Part shown: positions 7,188-15,916 of the stretch, one piece after another
Layout: each line of letters starts with the position of its first letter
Numbering within the stretch: the first letter of the stretch is position 1
From: a virus
Strand: one strand, 5' to 3'
Virus record (IMG/VR): IMGVR_UViG_3300045988_162176
Coordinates: 1-64,000 of that record
Length of the DNA: 64,000 bases
Position numbers and translations under genes: made by a program
Notes under the pieces: generated by a model
Told to the model about the DNA's origin: nothing
What the model saw: only the letters and a program-made list of their open reading frames with translations
The model's database searches: none

Positions 7188-7463
7188 ATGACTATGTATG
7201 CTATGGTTGTTTTCACCAAACGTTATTACAACGGACTTCAAAGAACTCATTCTCTTGAGTTTGAAGTTACAGAAGCTACAAAGAGCTTTGTCAGAACCAC
7301 AAAGGAAATTTGTCACATCCCCATTCGTCTTTCTAAAATTAACGAATACCGTCTTTGTAGCGGATATGAATGTTTGTATTTCTTTGGTCAAGACAAAAAC
7401 AAATTACTCGAAATATGGGAAGAAATGATGACTCCTACGACCAGATTCCTTGAAATGCTTTAA
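7188..7463 (+). CDS. hypothetical protein (91 aa)
   Basis: SD AGAAGGGAAG upstream of ATG. Confidence 0.65.
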   Translation: MTMYAMVVFTKRYYNGLQRTHSLEFEVTEATKSFVRTTKEICHIPIRLSKINEYRLCSGYECLYFFGQDKNKLLEIWEEMMTPTTRFLEML

Positions 7464-7492
7464 CAAATTTATCTAAGAAAGGAAAGTATAAT

Positions 7493-7660
7493 ATGAAATA
7501 CATTATTACATTTACTCGTTATGGCTTCGTTGAGGTTGAAGCTGATTCTGAATCTGAAGCTTTTAATAAAATTGGTGGTTATTGCGCCGACGATATCCCT
7601 TGGTCGGATGAATTTGAAGCTACCAATGTTCAGTCTGATGAAGAAATGGAGGAGGTTTAA
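7493..7660 (+). CDS. hypothetical acidic protein (55 aa), below the ORF-track size cut-off
   Basis: Same 21-nt SD region as gene 6960 (AAGAAAGGAAAGTATAATATG); translated by hand to MKYIITFTRYGF...EEMEEV with TAA at 7658-7660. Confidence 0.6.
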   Translation: MKYIITFTRYGFVEVEADSESEAFNKIGGYCADDIPWSDEFEATNVQSDEEMEEV

Positions 7661-7662
7661 CC

Positions 7663-7995
7663 ATGACCAATCAAACTTACAATTATGTCCTCATTGCCCA
7701 TGATGGTGAGAATTTCTTTCCTGTTTATTCTTCCAACCATAGAACAGTTGTAGAGAATATTATGTGGGCTGTGTGTATTCAAGAAGATGGCTTCAATAAA
7801 ATTGATAACAACAAATTGAGAGATTTCCTTATCCTCAATCGTATCAAACCTGTTGACCAGTTGGAAAACAAAGAAAATCCTGAATCTCCTGATTGGGATT
7901 GGAGAATTTCTCCCTCTCATCTTTTGAAGAAGCTTGAGGGGAATCGCTGGGGTTGGAATATGTATCTGCTTACTGTCCCTGCTCTTAACTTCTAA
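7663..7995 (+). CDS. hypothetical protein (110 aa)
   Basis: SD GGAGGAGG 7 nt upstream of ATG. Confidence 0.7.
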   Translation: MTNQTYNYVLIAHDGENFFPVYSSNHRTVVENIMWAVCIQEDGFNKIDNNKLRDFLILNRIKPVDQLENKENPESPDWDWRISPSHLLKKLEGNRWGWNMYLLTVPALNF

Positions 7996-8005
7996 AGGCT
8001 GATAG

Positions 8006-8033
8006 AGTGCAGGATTGAAATATATCCTGCACT
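8006..8033 (+). promoter_or_regulatory. stem-loop with conserved TGAAATAT loop, copy 1
   Basis: AGTGCAGGAT-TGAAATAT-ATCCTGCACT, 10 nt after stop of 7663-7995. Confidence 0.55.
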
Positions 8034-8101
8034 TCAATGAGCCTTTAAGCTCAATGAATTTACGTCACGTTCAAGACGTTAAAACGGAAAGGAGCCAAAC
8101 T

Positions 8102-8632
8102 ATGGCTAACATCAACATCAACACCAAGAAGTCCCTCAATCGCGTTCAGCTCATGAAAGAAAACAACACCAATATGGAATTCCTCTATATTGACGGAATC
8201 AAGTGCGGTTGCATGGGTTCTGTCAATGACCGCGACCGTGAAGCTGGTCTTGCTGTTATTCAGCGTATCGTTGATAACAGTGATAAAACTGGCATGGCTC
8301 TCGTCATGGAGGTTATGGCTCAGGTTCAGTTTGAATCCTCTATGAATGAGAAGGAAATCAACCCTGATGAAGTCCTTGAAATCAAGGTTGATGGTATTAC
8401 TTATCCTTGCGTCCTCAACTACGAAAAGAAGGCTTTATTTGATGAGGCTGGCGAGGAAATCTGCAACACTCGTGATATTGATTGCGAACTTGATGAGCGG
8501 GCTCTTAAGGCTCTCCTTGAAGCTCGTGCAATCAATGCTCTTCGTAAGGATTTAGCAAGCAAGTATGATGACCGCGAGGACGAAGATGAGGATTGTGAAG
8601 AAGATTATGAGTATTCAATCATCTGCCTATAA
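8102..8632 (+). CDS. hypothetical protein with acidic C-terminus (176 aa)
   Basis: Start moved to ATG 8102 after SD GAAAGGAG; the longer track ORF begins inside the hairpin. Confidence 0.7.
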   Translation: MANININTKKSLNRVQLMKENNTNMEFLYIDGIKCGCMGSVNDRDREAGLAVIQRIVDNSDKTGMALVMEVMAQVQFESSMNEKEINPDEVLEIKVDGITYPCVLNYEKKALFDEAGEEICNTRDIDCELDERALKALLEARAINALRKDLASKYDDREDEDEDCEEDYEYSIICL

Positions 8633-8658
8633 ATTTTCATCAGATTAACAACAAAATA

Positions 8659-8684
8659 GGAGAGGGTTGAAATATACCCTCTCC
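8659..8684 (+). promoter_or_regulatory. stem-loop with conserved TGAAATAT loop, copy 2
   Basis: GGAGAGGGT-TGAAATAT-ACCCTCTCC after stop of 8102-8632. Confidence 0.55.
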
Positions 8685-8708
8685 ACCTTAAAGAAAGGAA
8701 AAGAGAAA

Positions 8709-9065
8709 ATGAATAATAAGAATAATAGCAGTTATATTTCTATTTATAGTGACATTGATACCATCCTTATCGCAGCTACTATTATTATGGCTATTCTGAA
8801 GTACAAGGCAGGATATGATATTCCTACAATTATTGTGTTTACACCTTTAATTGTTATAGCAATTATATTTGGTATTCGCCTTGTTACTGCTATCCTTGCA
8901 TTGGTAGTTATTACTGTTATGGATATCCATGAAGGAAGTAAAAGATATCATGATATTCACTCTCGCTATGAAAACACTCATAGAATTTATTGGAATCCAG
9001 AAACAAAAGAAATAGAAGGAGTTGAACCTATGCCCGAATACGACAAATGGAAAGATGAAGACTAA
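8709..9065 (+). CDS. hypothetical membrane protein (118 aa)
   Basis: Start moved to ATG 8709 after SD GAAAGGAAAAG; two hydrophobic segments. Confidence 0.7.
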   Translation: MNNKNNSSYISIYSDIDTILIAATIIMAILKYKAGYDIPTIIVFTPLIVIAIIFGIRLVTAILALVVITVMDIHEGSKRYHDIHSRYENTHRIYWNPETKEIEGVEPMPEYDKWKDED

Positions 9066-9113
9066 CTCAGATAACACAATCAGTTAATTTAAAAATGAAA
9101 GGAAATTCAGAAA

Positions 9114-11447
9114 ATGAACACCACTTATATTGACAACATCCCCAGCGAAATCATTGAAAAGGATAAAGCTATTGTAAAGAAGTTTCTCTCAACTAAAGAA
9201 AGTATTAATCCCAATCCTAATAGTTGCCCTGATATCATTGTATATTGGCAACAAAAAGCAAATGGTAAAGCTTTCCATTTGCTGAGAGGTGAATATGAAA
9301 TTATTCAACATAACGATACTATTGGGCAGTATCGTAAAGGAGTAACTGGTCATTTCAATGTGAGTAATATTCAATCTCACACAATCGTTGTTGGCTCTGG
9401 TAAAGATGCAAAAGTGGCTTATGCCAAATATTATCCTGAATTTGAAATGCTTGTGTTTGGTATCATGGGAATTAACACAAAAAAGATTCCCGAAGAGAAA
9501 AGAAATTACCATTTTATAGAGCGTTATTTTCTTTTCAAAAATTGCCCTGCTCCATTTGATGTCAATGGAGACATTGCATTTAAATCTAAAGGAGGTAAAT
9601 TCTATAGTTTAGGATTTACTAATTTTCTTCAGCATGATTTGCATAAGACTGTTTCTCATTTCTATTTTTCTCAAGCAATTGAGGAATTTACTAGGAAGGG
9701 ATGCAATCCAAGAATCAAATGGACGCAATGGACTCCCTATACATTTGCTGATTACTATAAAGCAATGTATCCTCGTACTATTTCTAAATCTTCAGCAGAT
9801 ATCTCTGAAATTGTTAATAGCTTACCAACTATTAATTTGGACGAGCTCCGTCAGTTATATCCTAAAAAAGCCGTTGATGTTAAAAACTCTTGGAATGATG
9901 AGTATCACACTGAATACAAAGATACAATTTGGACATTTAACATCTTAAATGATAATTACTGTGTTATTCGTCAGTTTGGCGGTTATTTCGGGTTTGAAGA
10001 GCAATCACGTATTCTTATTGATAATAAAGGAAAAGTAACAATCTTTAAACCCATTTCAATTATTGATGGAGTTGTCGTATTTAGAGTATCTAGCTCTTCC
10101 GATGTTGGAGTTCCTGCTGATAATGTCTGTTTCTTCAAAGGTTTTGAGGATATGTTTAAGTTTAAGAGATTATTTTATATCTCTTCTATCATCAATGATA
10201 GCGACATTATGACTAAAACAAATTCCTTAATTCTCAGGATTATTTACACTCTTAGATGTCCTGCTATCGAACAATTTTATAAAGCTGGATATAAATATAT
10301 TGCCAATTATTTCATGAGTGCGTCTGCAAAATCTGATATTGAACATTTTTTTGGATACAAAAAGTATTCTAAATCTGCAAACATTTATGAGCTTAGTGGC
10401 ATGAACAAACATCAGCTTGAATTGGTAGATAAGATGTTTGAGGAAAAGAAAAAGAGTGCCAACAAATTTGTTAACCAAGGTCTTTCTTATACTCCTCGAT
10501 GTGTAATTGAAACCGTTCGATTTGTTGCTGGCGTTAAAAACCTTTCTTCTATTACTGACAAAGATTCCGACTTTTACTTTACCATGGCAAAAAGAATGAA
10601 TAATGTTCGTTCTGACTATCGTGAGTTTTTGCATTTTGTTGGAGTAAATAACAGCGTGTACACTTTTTATTTTAATAGAAGAAATTATTGGAAAGAAAGT
10701 TTGTATATAAACAAAGAAAAAGATATCCAGTCATCAACTCCCGAACAAAATGAAAAGGATAGAAAGAATCTCCTCAAGCTTATGCGTCTTCAGGAAAAAA
10801 CAGACAAGAAAGGTATTAACGAGGATGTGTTCAGAATCTTTTCCGATGCTCTCAACCTGTTTAAGCAAATCTCAAACACTAACAGACCAGATATTGACCT
10901 TTATGCCTGTAAAGATGTTAATGAACTTCATCGTTATCACAACATGTTGATTGAAATCAACATTGCAGACAAAGAAACGAGAGATAAAGAAGAACAGGAG
11001 AGATTGAATAAGTTAGCAGCTAAACTTTATGACCAACGCAAAGAAAAGTTTGAGTATGCTGATGATAACTTCTCTATCATTGTTCCTGAAGAAATGAACA
11101 AGATTACGAAGGAAGGTGTATATCTCCATCATTGTGTTGGTGGTTATATTAGTCGTGTTGCTGAAGGTAGAACAAATATTCTATTCTTAAGAAGAAATGA
11201 AGAAATTGAAATTCCTTTCTTCACGATTGAAGTTAACAACCACAATGAAATCATTCAGATTCACGGGCTTTATAATCGTTGGCTTGGAAATGAACCTGAT
11301 GCAGTTAAGTTTGTAATTAACTGGATTTATGAAAAGGGAATTAAATGTCCTGTAAACATTGTACTTAATAAAGGTCAAGGTTATAGCGCAAGTAGTAGTA
11401 AGCTTGATGCTAAAGAATATGGTTTGGAGGGTAAAAGTTATGTCTAA
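9114..11447 (+). CDS. PcfJ-like domain protein (777 aa)
   Basis: SD GAAAGGAAA. C-terminal GVYLHHCVGGYISRVAEGRTNILFLRR...FFTIEV...IIQIHGLYNR matches the PcfJ-type pattern and the C-terminus of 16657-18270. Confidence 0.7.
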   Translation: MNTTYIDNIPSEIIEKDKAIVKKFLSTKESINPNPNSCPDIIVYWQQKANGKAFHLLRGEYEIIQHNDTIGQYRKGVTGHFNVSNIQSHTIVVGSGKDAKVAYAKYYPEFEMLVFGIMGINTKKIPEEKRNYHFIERYFLFKNCPAPFDVNGDIAFKSKGGKFYSLGFTNFLQHDLHKTVSHFYFSQAIEEFTRKGCNPRIKWTQWTPYTFADYYKAMYPRTISKSSADISEIVNSLPTINLDELRQLYPKKAVDVKNSWNDEYHTEYKDTIWTFNILNDNYCVIRQFGGYFGFEEQSRILIDNKGKVTIFKPISIIDGVVVFRVSSSSDVGVPADNVCFFKGFEDMFKFKRLFYISSIINDSDIMTKTNSLILRIIYTLRCPAIEQFYKAGYKYIANYFMSASAKSDIEHFFGYKKYSKSANIYELSGMNKHQLELVDKMFEEKKKSANKFVNQGLSYTPRCVIETVRFVAGVKNLSSITDKDSDFYFTMAKRMNNVRSDYREFLHFVGVNNSVYTFYFNRRNYWKESLYINKEKDIQSSTPEQNEKDRKNLLKLMRLQEKTDKKGINEDVFRIFSDALNLFKQISNTNRPDIDLYACKDVNELHRYHNMLIEINIADKETRDKEEQERLNKLAAKLYDQRKEKFEYADDNFSIIVPEEMNKITKEGVYLHHCVGGYISRVAEGRTNILFLRRNEEIEIPFFTIEVNNHNEIIQIHGLYNRWLGNEPDAVKFVINWIYEKGIKCPVNIVLNKGQGYSASSSKLDAKEYGLEGKSYV

Positions 11448-11619
11448 ACGTACACCTAACAATGCTATCACAGAGTATCCCCAGTACGATGGTATGTACT
11501 ATGACCGCTGTGAAGGAATCCAGCGTAAGACTCATGGCAGTTATCGGTACAAAATTAACAAGCAGTACAAAGAAAAGCGGAAGCAATATTTGTACACAAT
11601 AGAAAAAGAGCAGGAATAA
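11440..11619 (+). CDS. hypothetical basic protein (59 aa)
   Basis: ATG 11440 after GGAGGG; overlaps the upstream stop by 8 nt. Confidence 0.55.
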   Translation: MSKRTPNNAITEYPQYDGMYYDRCEGIQRKTHGSYRYKINKQYKEKRKQYLYTIEKEQE

Positions 11620-11630
11620 AATCCTGCTCT
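11607..11630. terminator. Bidirectional terminator AGAGCAGGA/TCCTGCTCT (cassette 5)
   Basis: 9-bp stem spanning the stop codon; TTCTT after the stem on plus, TTTTT on minus. Confidence 0.65.
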
Positions 11631-11705
11631 TTCTTGATATAAGCATTTCCTATAAACTGTTTATATAATTTACCCCTTGTCTAAGGAGGAAAGGAGTTGA
11701 AAGCC

Positions 11706-11777
11706 ATGTAGAGAATCTTCTATGTTGATTATTTCTATGCTATTGTGTAGATAATGGTCATCTATAATCGTAATTAA
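11706..11777 (+). CDS. mini-ORF 5, MQRIFYVDYFYAIVQIMVIYNRN (23 aa, TAG at codons 2 and 15)
   Basis: Double SD AAGGAGGAAAGGAG upstream of ATG-TAG; stop inside hairpin GTAATTAAT/ATTAATTAC. Confidence 0.55.
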
Positions 11778-11849
11778 TCTAGGACATTAATTACAAAACT
11801 ACACAGATGGTAGTTAAGAAGTATAGGATTCTTTCTATCATCTGTGTAT

Positions 11850-11878
11850 ATATTAACACACAACATCAATCTTGTCAA
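11850..11878 (-). promoter_or_regulatory. antisense promoter TTGACA-N17-TAATAT with TGT (cassette 5)
   Basis: -35 at 11873-11878, -10 at 11850-11855 on the minus strand. Confidence 0.6.
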
Positions 11879-11919
11879 GTAGTTTCTAATATTTAATTTA
11901 CTTTATTTGGTTTAAATAC

Positions 11920-11948
11920 TTGACAAACACGGATTTGAGATTTATAAT
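11920..11948 (+). promoter_or_regulatory. plus-strand promoter TTGACA-N17-TATAAT, divergent from the cassette 5 promoter
   Basis: -35 at 11920-11925, -10 at 11943-11948. About 80-nt leader to ATG 12029. The only clear sigma70-type plus-strand promoter seen in the plus block. Confidence 0.6.
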
Positions 11949-12028
11949 AATCTCATCTTAAATCAATCAACATAATAACACATTAAAAACATTTTTGTTT
12001 AGAGCTAATGCTCGGAAAGGAATTTACT

Positions 12029-13039
12029 ATGGGTCTCGCCTCTTATAATACCGATAAGGTCAACGCTGTTATGGAAGCTGTTGAAAATACTCCTCGTAAG
12101 AAGTACTATGAGGATATGGGTATCACTCTTGAGAATGTTCACTCTCTTGAGTCTGCCCTTAAGCTCAGTGGTCTGGATTATTCTGTCGAAAAGCGTCCTG
12201 TCCAGTTCGTAAACAAAGTTGAGCAGGAATGGAATGGTCAGAAGATTCTGGTTGATACTCCGTTTATCATCCCTGACCAGTTTGCAACCATTCGTACTGA
12301 TACCAATGCTCCTCTGGGTATTGTCGGTAAGAACTACAATATTCTCCAGAATCGTGAAGCTTTCGACTTCCTTGACTCTCTTGCTTTGGGAGGTGCTAAG
12401 TTTGAAACTGCTGGTAGTTATGGACCTAATGGAGCTAAGAGCTTCATTACCATGTCTACTGAGCCTATGAAGATTCTGGATGATGAATTCTTGCCTACCA
12501 TGATGTTCCTTAATAGTCATGATGGTTCCAAGGCAATTCAGGCAATGTTCATCAGTATCCGTATCTTCTGTTCCAACTGCATTGCTCGTGCAACTAGAGG
12601 TGCTGAGAATCGTGTGAGTATTCGTCACAGTAATTCTATGCAGGCCAAGTTGGAACAGGCTAAGACCATTCTGCTTCAGAATACCAATTATCTTGAGCGT
12701 CTTAAAGTGGAAGCTGAGAAGCTTGCGGTTACTCCTTATTCCAAGGAAGCCTTCGAAGCTCTTGCTCGTGAGCTTTTCCCTGTCAAGACTGAGGATTCTG
12801 AGATTATTCAGATTCGTAATCTGGCTATGATTGAAAAGCTCATGACGGCTTACAATCAGGATGATTTGGCTAATTTCTCTGGAACTGCATGGCGAGCACT
12901 TCAGGCCATTTCTGACTTTGAATCTCATCCCACTCAGATGCGTAAGTCTTCCAAGTCTACCACTACGGGAGCGTTCACGGCTGTCGCAGTTAATACTATG
13001 CCTATTCTGAACTCTGTTTGGAATCGTATTGCCGCTTAA
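12029..13039 (+). CDS. DUF932-type phage/plasmid-like protein (336 aa)
   Basis: Start at ATG 12029 after GAAAGGAA. TIRTDTNAPLGIVGKNYNILQN and LNSHDGSKA motifs are typical of the DUF932/TIGR03299 family (by eye). Confidence 0.7.
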   Translation: MGLASYNTDKVNAVMEAVENTPRKKYYEDMGITLENVHSLESALKLSGLDYSVEKRPVQFVNKVEQEWNGQKILVDTPFIIPDQFATIRTDTNAPLGIVGKNYNILQNREAFDFLDSLALGGAKFETAGSYGPNGAKSFITMSTEPMKILDDEFLPTMMFLNSHDGSKAIQAMFISIRIFCSNCIARATRGAENRVSIRHSNSMQAKLEQAKTILLQNTNYLERLKVEAEKLAVTPYSKEAFEALARELFPVKTEDSEIIQIRNLAMIEKLMTAYNQDDLANFSGTAWRALQAISDFESHPTQMRKSSKSTTTGAFTAVAVNTMPILNSVWNRIAA

Positions 13040-13056
13040 TCGAAAGGAGAATAAAA

Positions 13057-13482
13057 ATGAAAAAGATTAATCTGTTTGTCCTCATCATTGCAATCCTCAT
13101 GACTTTTATGTATCTCAATAGCAGAGAAAGAGTTGCAGCTTTGGGTGATTCTGTAAAGGATTACCTCACACAAGTAGAGGAATTACAGGAACAGTTAGCT
13201 AAGACTAACGCTCCTATTCCTCCCAGCAACCTTCCTGAAGCAAAGTTCGAAGAAAACACCTATCCTGTTTATGCAGAACTTGTGGATTCAGATGTAGAAC
13301 ATGGGGAATATCGTTTCAGAGTTCTCAATGTAACCCAAGATGAAGGTTTCGATGGTATTTACACTCTTGAAACCAATATGGCTGTATATGAAGATGCTCC
13401 TTATATTCTCACTATGGATAACAATGGGACTAAAGAAACATCTGATGACTACATTGCTGTTGTGTGGATTGCGACTCCGTAA
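13057..13482 (+). CDS. hypothetical membrane-anchored protein (141 aa)
   Basis: Start moved to ATG 13057 after SD GAAAGGAG; N-terminal hydrophobic anchor. Confidence 0.7.
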   Translation: MKKINLFVLIIAILMTFMYLNSRERVAALGDSVKDYLTQVEELQEQLAKTNAPIPPSNLPEAKFEENTYPVYAELVDSDVEHGEYRFRVLNVTQDEGFDGIYTLETNMAVYEDAPYILTMDNNGTKETSDDYIAVVWIATP

Positions 13483-13534
13483 TCTACACTCACATAATAC
13501 CTACAAACAATCATATTAAAGAAAGGAAACCATT

Positions 13535-13873
13535 ATGAACACTATCGCTTACAAGCCTTCTGTCAACAATAACAAGGAAATGATGGAAAAGACCAATCCT
13601 GACAGTTGGAAAGCTATCATTGAGTTTGATTCTCTCGATGAAGTTCTAGCTCTCTATCATGCTCTTAATGATGCAATTGATGACCATTTTAAAGATGCTC
13701 GTAATAAGCATGTATGGGCATTGGGAGCTAACACACAGGAAGAATCTCTGTATTACGAAGCCCTTGCGGAACAGCAGAGAAAATATGGATATAAACTCAT
13801 GAATATTAAGAACGAGCTTGAAAAAACCTTTCATTGTTCTGAATATTACTTTGAAAGAGGTGCAAATAAATGA
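13535..13873 (+). CDS. hypothetical protein (112 aa)
   Basis: SD GAAAGGAAA upstream of ATG. Confidence 0.7.
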   Translation: MNTIAYKPSVNNNKEMMEKTNPDSWKAIIEFDSLDEVLALYHALNDAIDDHFKDARNKHVWALGANTQEESLYYEALAEQQRKYGYKLMNIKNELEKTFHCSEYYFERGANK

Positions 13874-14019
13874 TTACAATTATCCAGAATAAGGATAGAG
13901 CCACATTCAGAGTGATTAACGATGTTGCTTTTGACGAAGTAACCGTTATGATGCAGGATGCCGAAGCTGCGGATGAAATGATTTATCATCTGCTTGTAAA
14001 TGTGATTAAAGGAGAATAA
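13870..14019 (+). CDS. hypothetical protein (49 aa), below the ORF-track cut-off
   Basis: ATGA overlap with the upstream stop; GAAAGAGGTG upstream; fills the gap exactly up to the SD of the next gene. Confidence 0.5.
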   Translation: MITIIQNKDRATFRVINDVAFDEVTVMMQDAEAADEMIYHLLVNVIKGE

Positions 14020-14021
14020 AC

Positions 14022-14321
14022 ATGAAGAAATACATGTACATTGACACTTGTGAACGTGAAATTAACGAACCTACTTTCTTTGATAAGAAGGAAAAAGCCA
14101 TTTACCACATGGTTAATGATTTCTGCACAGTCAGAGACATTGGCATTGATATTGTTCCTCTTGTCATTGATGAGAAAACTTTAAAAGAAGCTTTGTCTAT
14201 TCTTGAAAAAAATGAACTCATGGATGATGAGAACATGGTGGATATCGAAAGTCTTTTGGCTTATGGTACTACACTGAACCACGATAACTGGGATGCTAAA
14301 ATCTTCGAAATTGAAATTTAA
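14022..14321 (+). CDS. hypothetical protein (99 aa)
   Basis: SD AAAGGAG upstream of ATG. Confidence 0.7.
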   Translation: MKKYMYIDTCEREINEPTFFDKKEKAIYHMVNDFCTVRDIGIDIVPLVIDEKTLKEALSILEKNELMDDENMVDIESLLAYGTTLNHDNWDAKIFEIEI

Positions 14322-14401
14322 TCCCAAATTTATATAACTCTTTTATCACAAATTAATTTATTATCCTGTGCTATCGGGTTTACGGGCAGAAAGGAAATAT
14401 C

Positions 14402-14893
14402 ATGAATAACACTTATTTCAACCTCAAGGTCAACTCCATCCCCGCTGGTCAATTCTTCAAGATGGCTTACGTTTCCGATGTGACTCTCTCTGCGCTCGGT
14501 CGTAAAGCTGGTGTCTCTGTTCTTAAGCGTGTTATCGGTACTTATCGTATTGGTGTCAACTACAAGCACACCAAGAAGGCAATCGCAAAGGCTGCTGAGA
14601 AGAATATCCCTATTGATACTGCTTCTAAGCTTCCTTGGGGTCAGTGGAAGGATAACAGCAATCGCATCATCTGCCACACTAATAAGAAGGGTGAGTATAA
14701 TGAGTACCTCCGTGTGTATGACACTCCCAATAAGCCCAAGGTCCAGCACTATCTCAATGGAAAGCCTATTTCTAAGGAAGACCTTCGTAAGACTGGTTTT
14801 GTTCCTGATAGTTATTTCACATCTTTCAATGAGACTGGTTGTATGACTATCAAGGCAGACAATATTGAATGGCTTGGTAAGCCCTCTGTCTAA
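14402..14893 (+). CDS. hypothetical protein (163 aa)
   Basis: SD GAAAGGAAA upstream of ATG. Confidence 0.7.
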   Translation: MNNTYFNLKVNSIPAGQFFKMAYVSDVTLSALGRKAGVSVLKRVIGTYRIGVNYKHTKKAIAKAAEKNIPIDTASKLPWGQWKDNSNRIICHTNKKGEYNEYLRVYDTPNKPKVQHYLNGKPISKEDLRKTGFVPDSYFTSFNETGCMTIKADNIEWLGKPSV

Positions 14894-14918
14894 TTTCAAC
14901 TGTTCAACACATCAATTT

Positions 14919-14944
14919 GGGAGAGAGTGAAATATCTCTCTCCC
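14919..14944 (+). promoter_or_regulatory. stem-loop with conserved TGAAATAT loop, copy 3
   Basis: GGGAGAGAG-TGAAATAT-CTCTCTCCC after stop of 14402-14893. Confidence 0.55.
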
Positions 14945-14977
14945 TTAAATTAAAATATTTTGAAAGGAATTGTAATT

Positions 14978-15133
14978 ATGTCTACTAATGATTATCCTCA
15001 GCTTCGTACTCTCCTTTTTAATTTCTGCCGCAATGAAATTAATCATGGTCGCTGTCCTGCGGATTGTTGTGAGTTCTGTTGTGTAAATAAAACTATTAAC
15101 CTTATCAACATTATAATTAGCGAGACCCTGTGA
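14978..15133 (+). CDS. hypothetical Cys-rich protein (51 aa), below the ORF-track cut-off
   Basis: SD GAAAGGAA 8 nt upstream of ATG; HGRCPADCCEFCC; TGA at 15131-15133. Confidence 0.55.
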   Translation: MSTNDYPQLRTLLFNFCRNEINHGRCPADCCEFCCVNKTINLINIIISETL

Positions 15134-15169
15134 TAAAACTAAAAGCTCTAGTAAGAAAGGAGATTAAAT

Positions 15170-15364
15170 ATGATTGTTCACGTTACCAATATTGAATGGG
15201 ACACTGATGAAAACGATATCCCCAGTGAAAGCCTTCCATCTGAAGTTGACCTTGAGTACGATGACCTTTGTACCAGTTTTTTAAGAGATATGGAAGCCTT
15301 TATTTGTGAAAGCCTTGAAGAAAGGTATGGATATTGTATAAAGAATTTTGCTATTGACACTTAA
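15170..15364 (+). CDS. hypothetical acidic protein (64 aa)
   Basis: SD GAAAGGAG upstream of ATG. Confidence 0.7.
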   Translation: MIVHVTNIEWDTDENDIPSESLPSEVDLEYDDLCTSFLRDMEAFICESLEERYGYCIKNFAIDT

Positions 15365-15383
15365 AAAGAAAGGAGATGTAACA

Positions 15384-15587
15384 ATGATTACCTTAGTAGA
15401 AAATCTTAGTGGCGCTTTGGTCGATTTTGAAGCATCTATTCCCTTCATGGATGACTATATCAGAGAAATGGTTCATAGCATGGGTGACTACAAAACTGAC
15501 CAAGAATTCTTTACTGCTTATGAAGAAGCCCATGCGCTGTTGAAAAAAGAACCATGGGAACTTTCTAAAACTAATCCAACTTATTAA
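15384..15587 (+). CDS. hypothetical protein (67 aa)
   Basis: Start moved to ATG 15384 after SD GAAAGGAG. Confidence 0.7.
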   Translation: MITLVENLSGALVDFEASIPFMDDYIREMVHSMGDYKTDQEFFTAYEEAHALLKKEPWELSKTNPTY

Positions 15588-15600
15588 AAAGGAGAATAAC

Positions 15601-15849
15601 ATGGTTATCGGTAATTTTACTATCACTTTTGAAGGAATTTCTACAGACTCGGAAAGTAACAAAGTATATTATTTATTTATTGTTACTCGTTTCGATTATA
15701 AAAACAAAGCTCTTGATAGCAAAGTGTTTTACTTTGCGTTTATGCCTCACTTTAAACCTAGAGACACAGACTTAATTACTGAGCTTTATAAGTTTCCCAG
15801 TCGCACAAGAATCGCTGGCGCTCATGTTACCTTTGATGTAGAGAAATAA
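15601..15849 (+). CDS. hypothetical protein (82 aa)
   Basis: SD AAAGGAG upstream of ATG. Confidence 0.7.
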   Translation: MVIGNFTITFEGISTDSESNKVYYLFIVTRFDYKNKALDSKVFYFAFMPHFKPRDTDLITELYKFPSRTRIAGAHVTFDVEK

Positions 15850-15916
15850 CTCTACTCAAATATAAACATCAAACATAAACAACAACACATCTATTGAAAA
15901 GAAAGGAAAAAAGATT

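Larger units (their letters stand above)
11604..11843 (-). ncRNA. predicted antisense RNA of cassette 5 (about 240 nt)
   Basis: Runs from promoter 11850-11878 to terminator 11607-11630. Confidence 0.45.

Noticed and set aside
12005-12928. 307-aa minus-strand ORF antisense to the DUF932 gene
   Set aside because: It has no SD. It lies fully inside a better-supported plus-strand gene with recognisable motifs. Its composition looks like a mirror-frame artefact of an AT-rich coding region.
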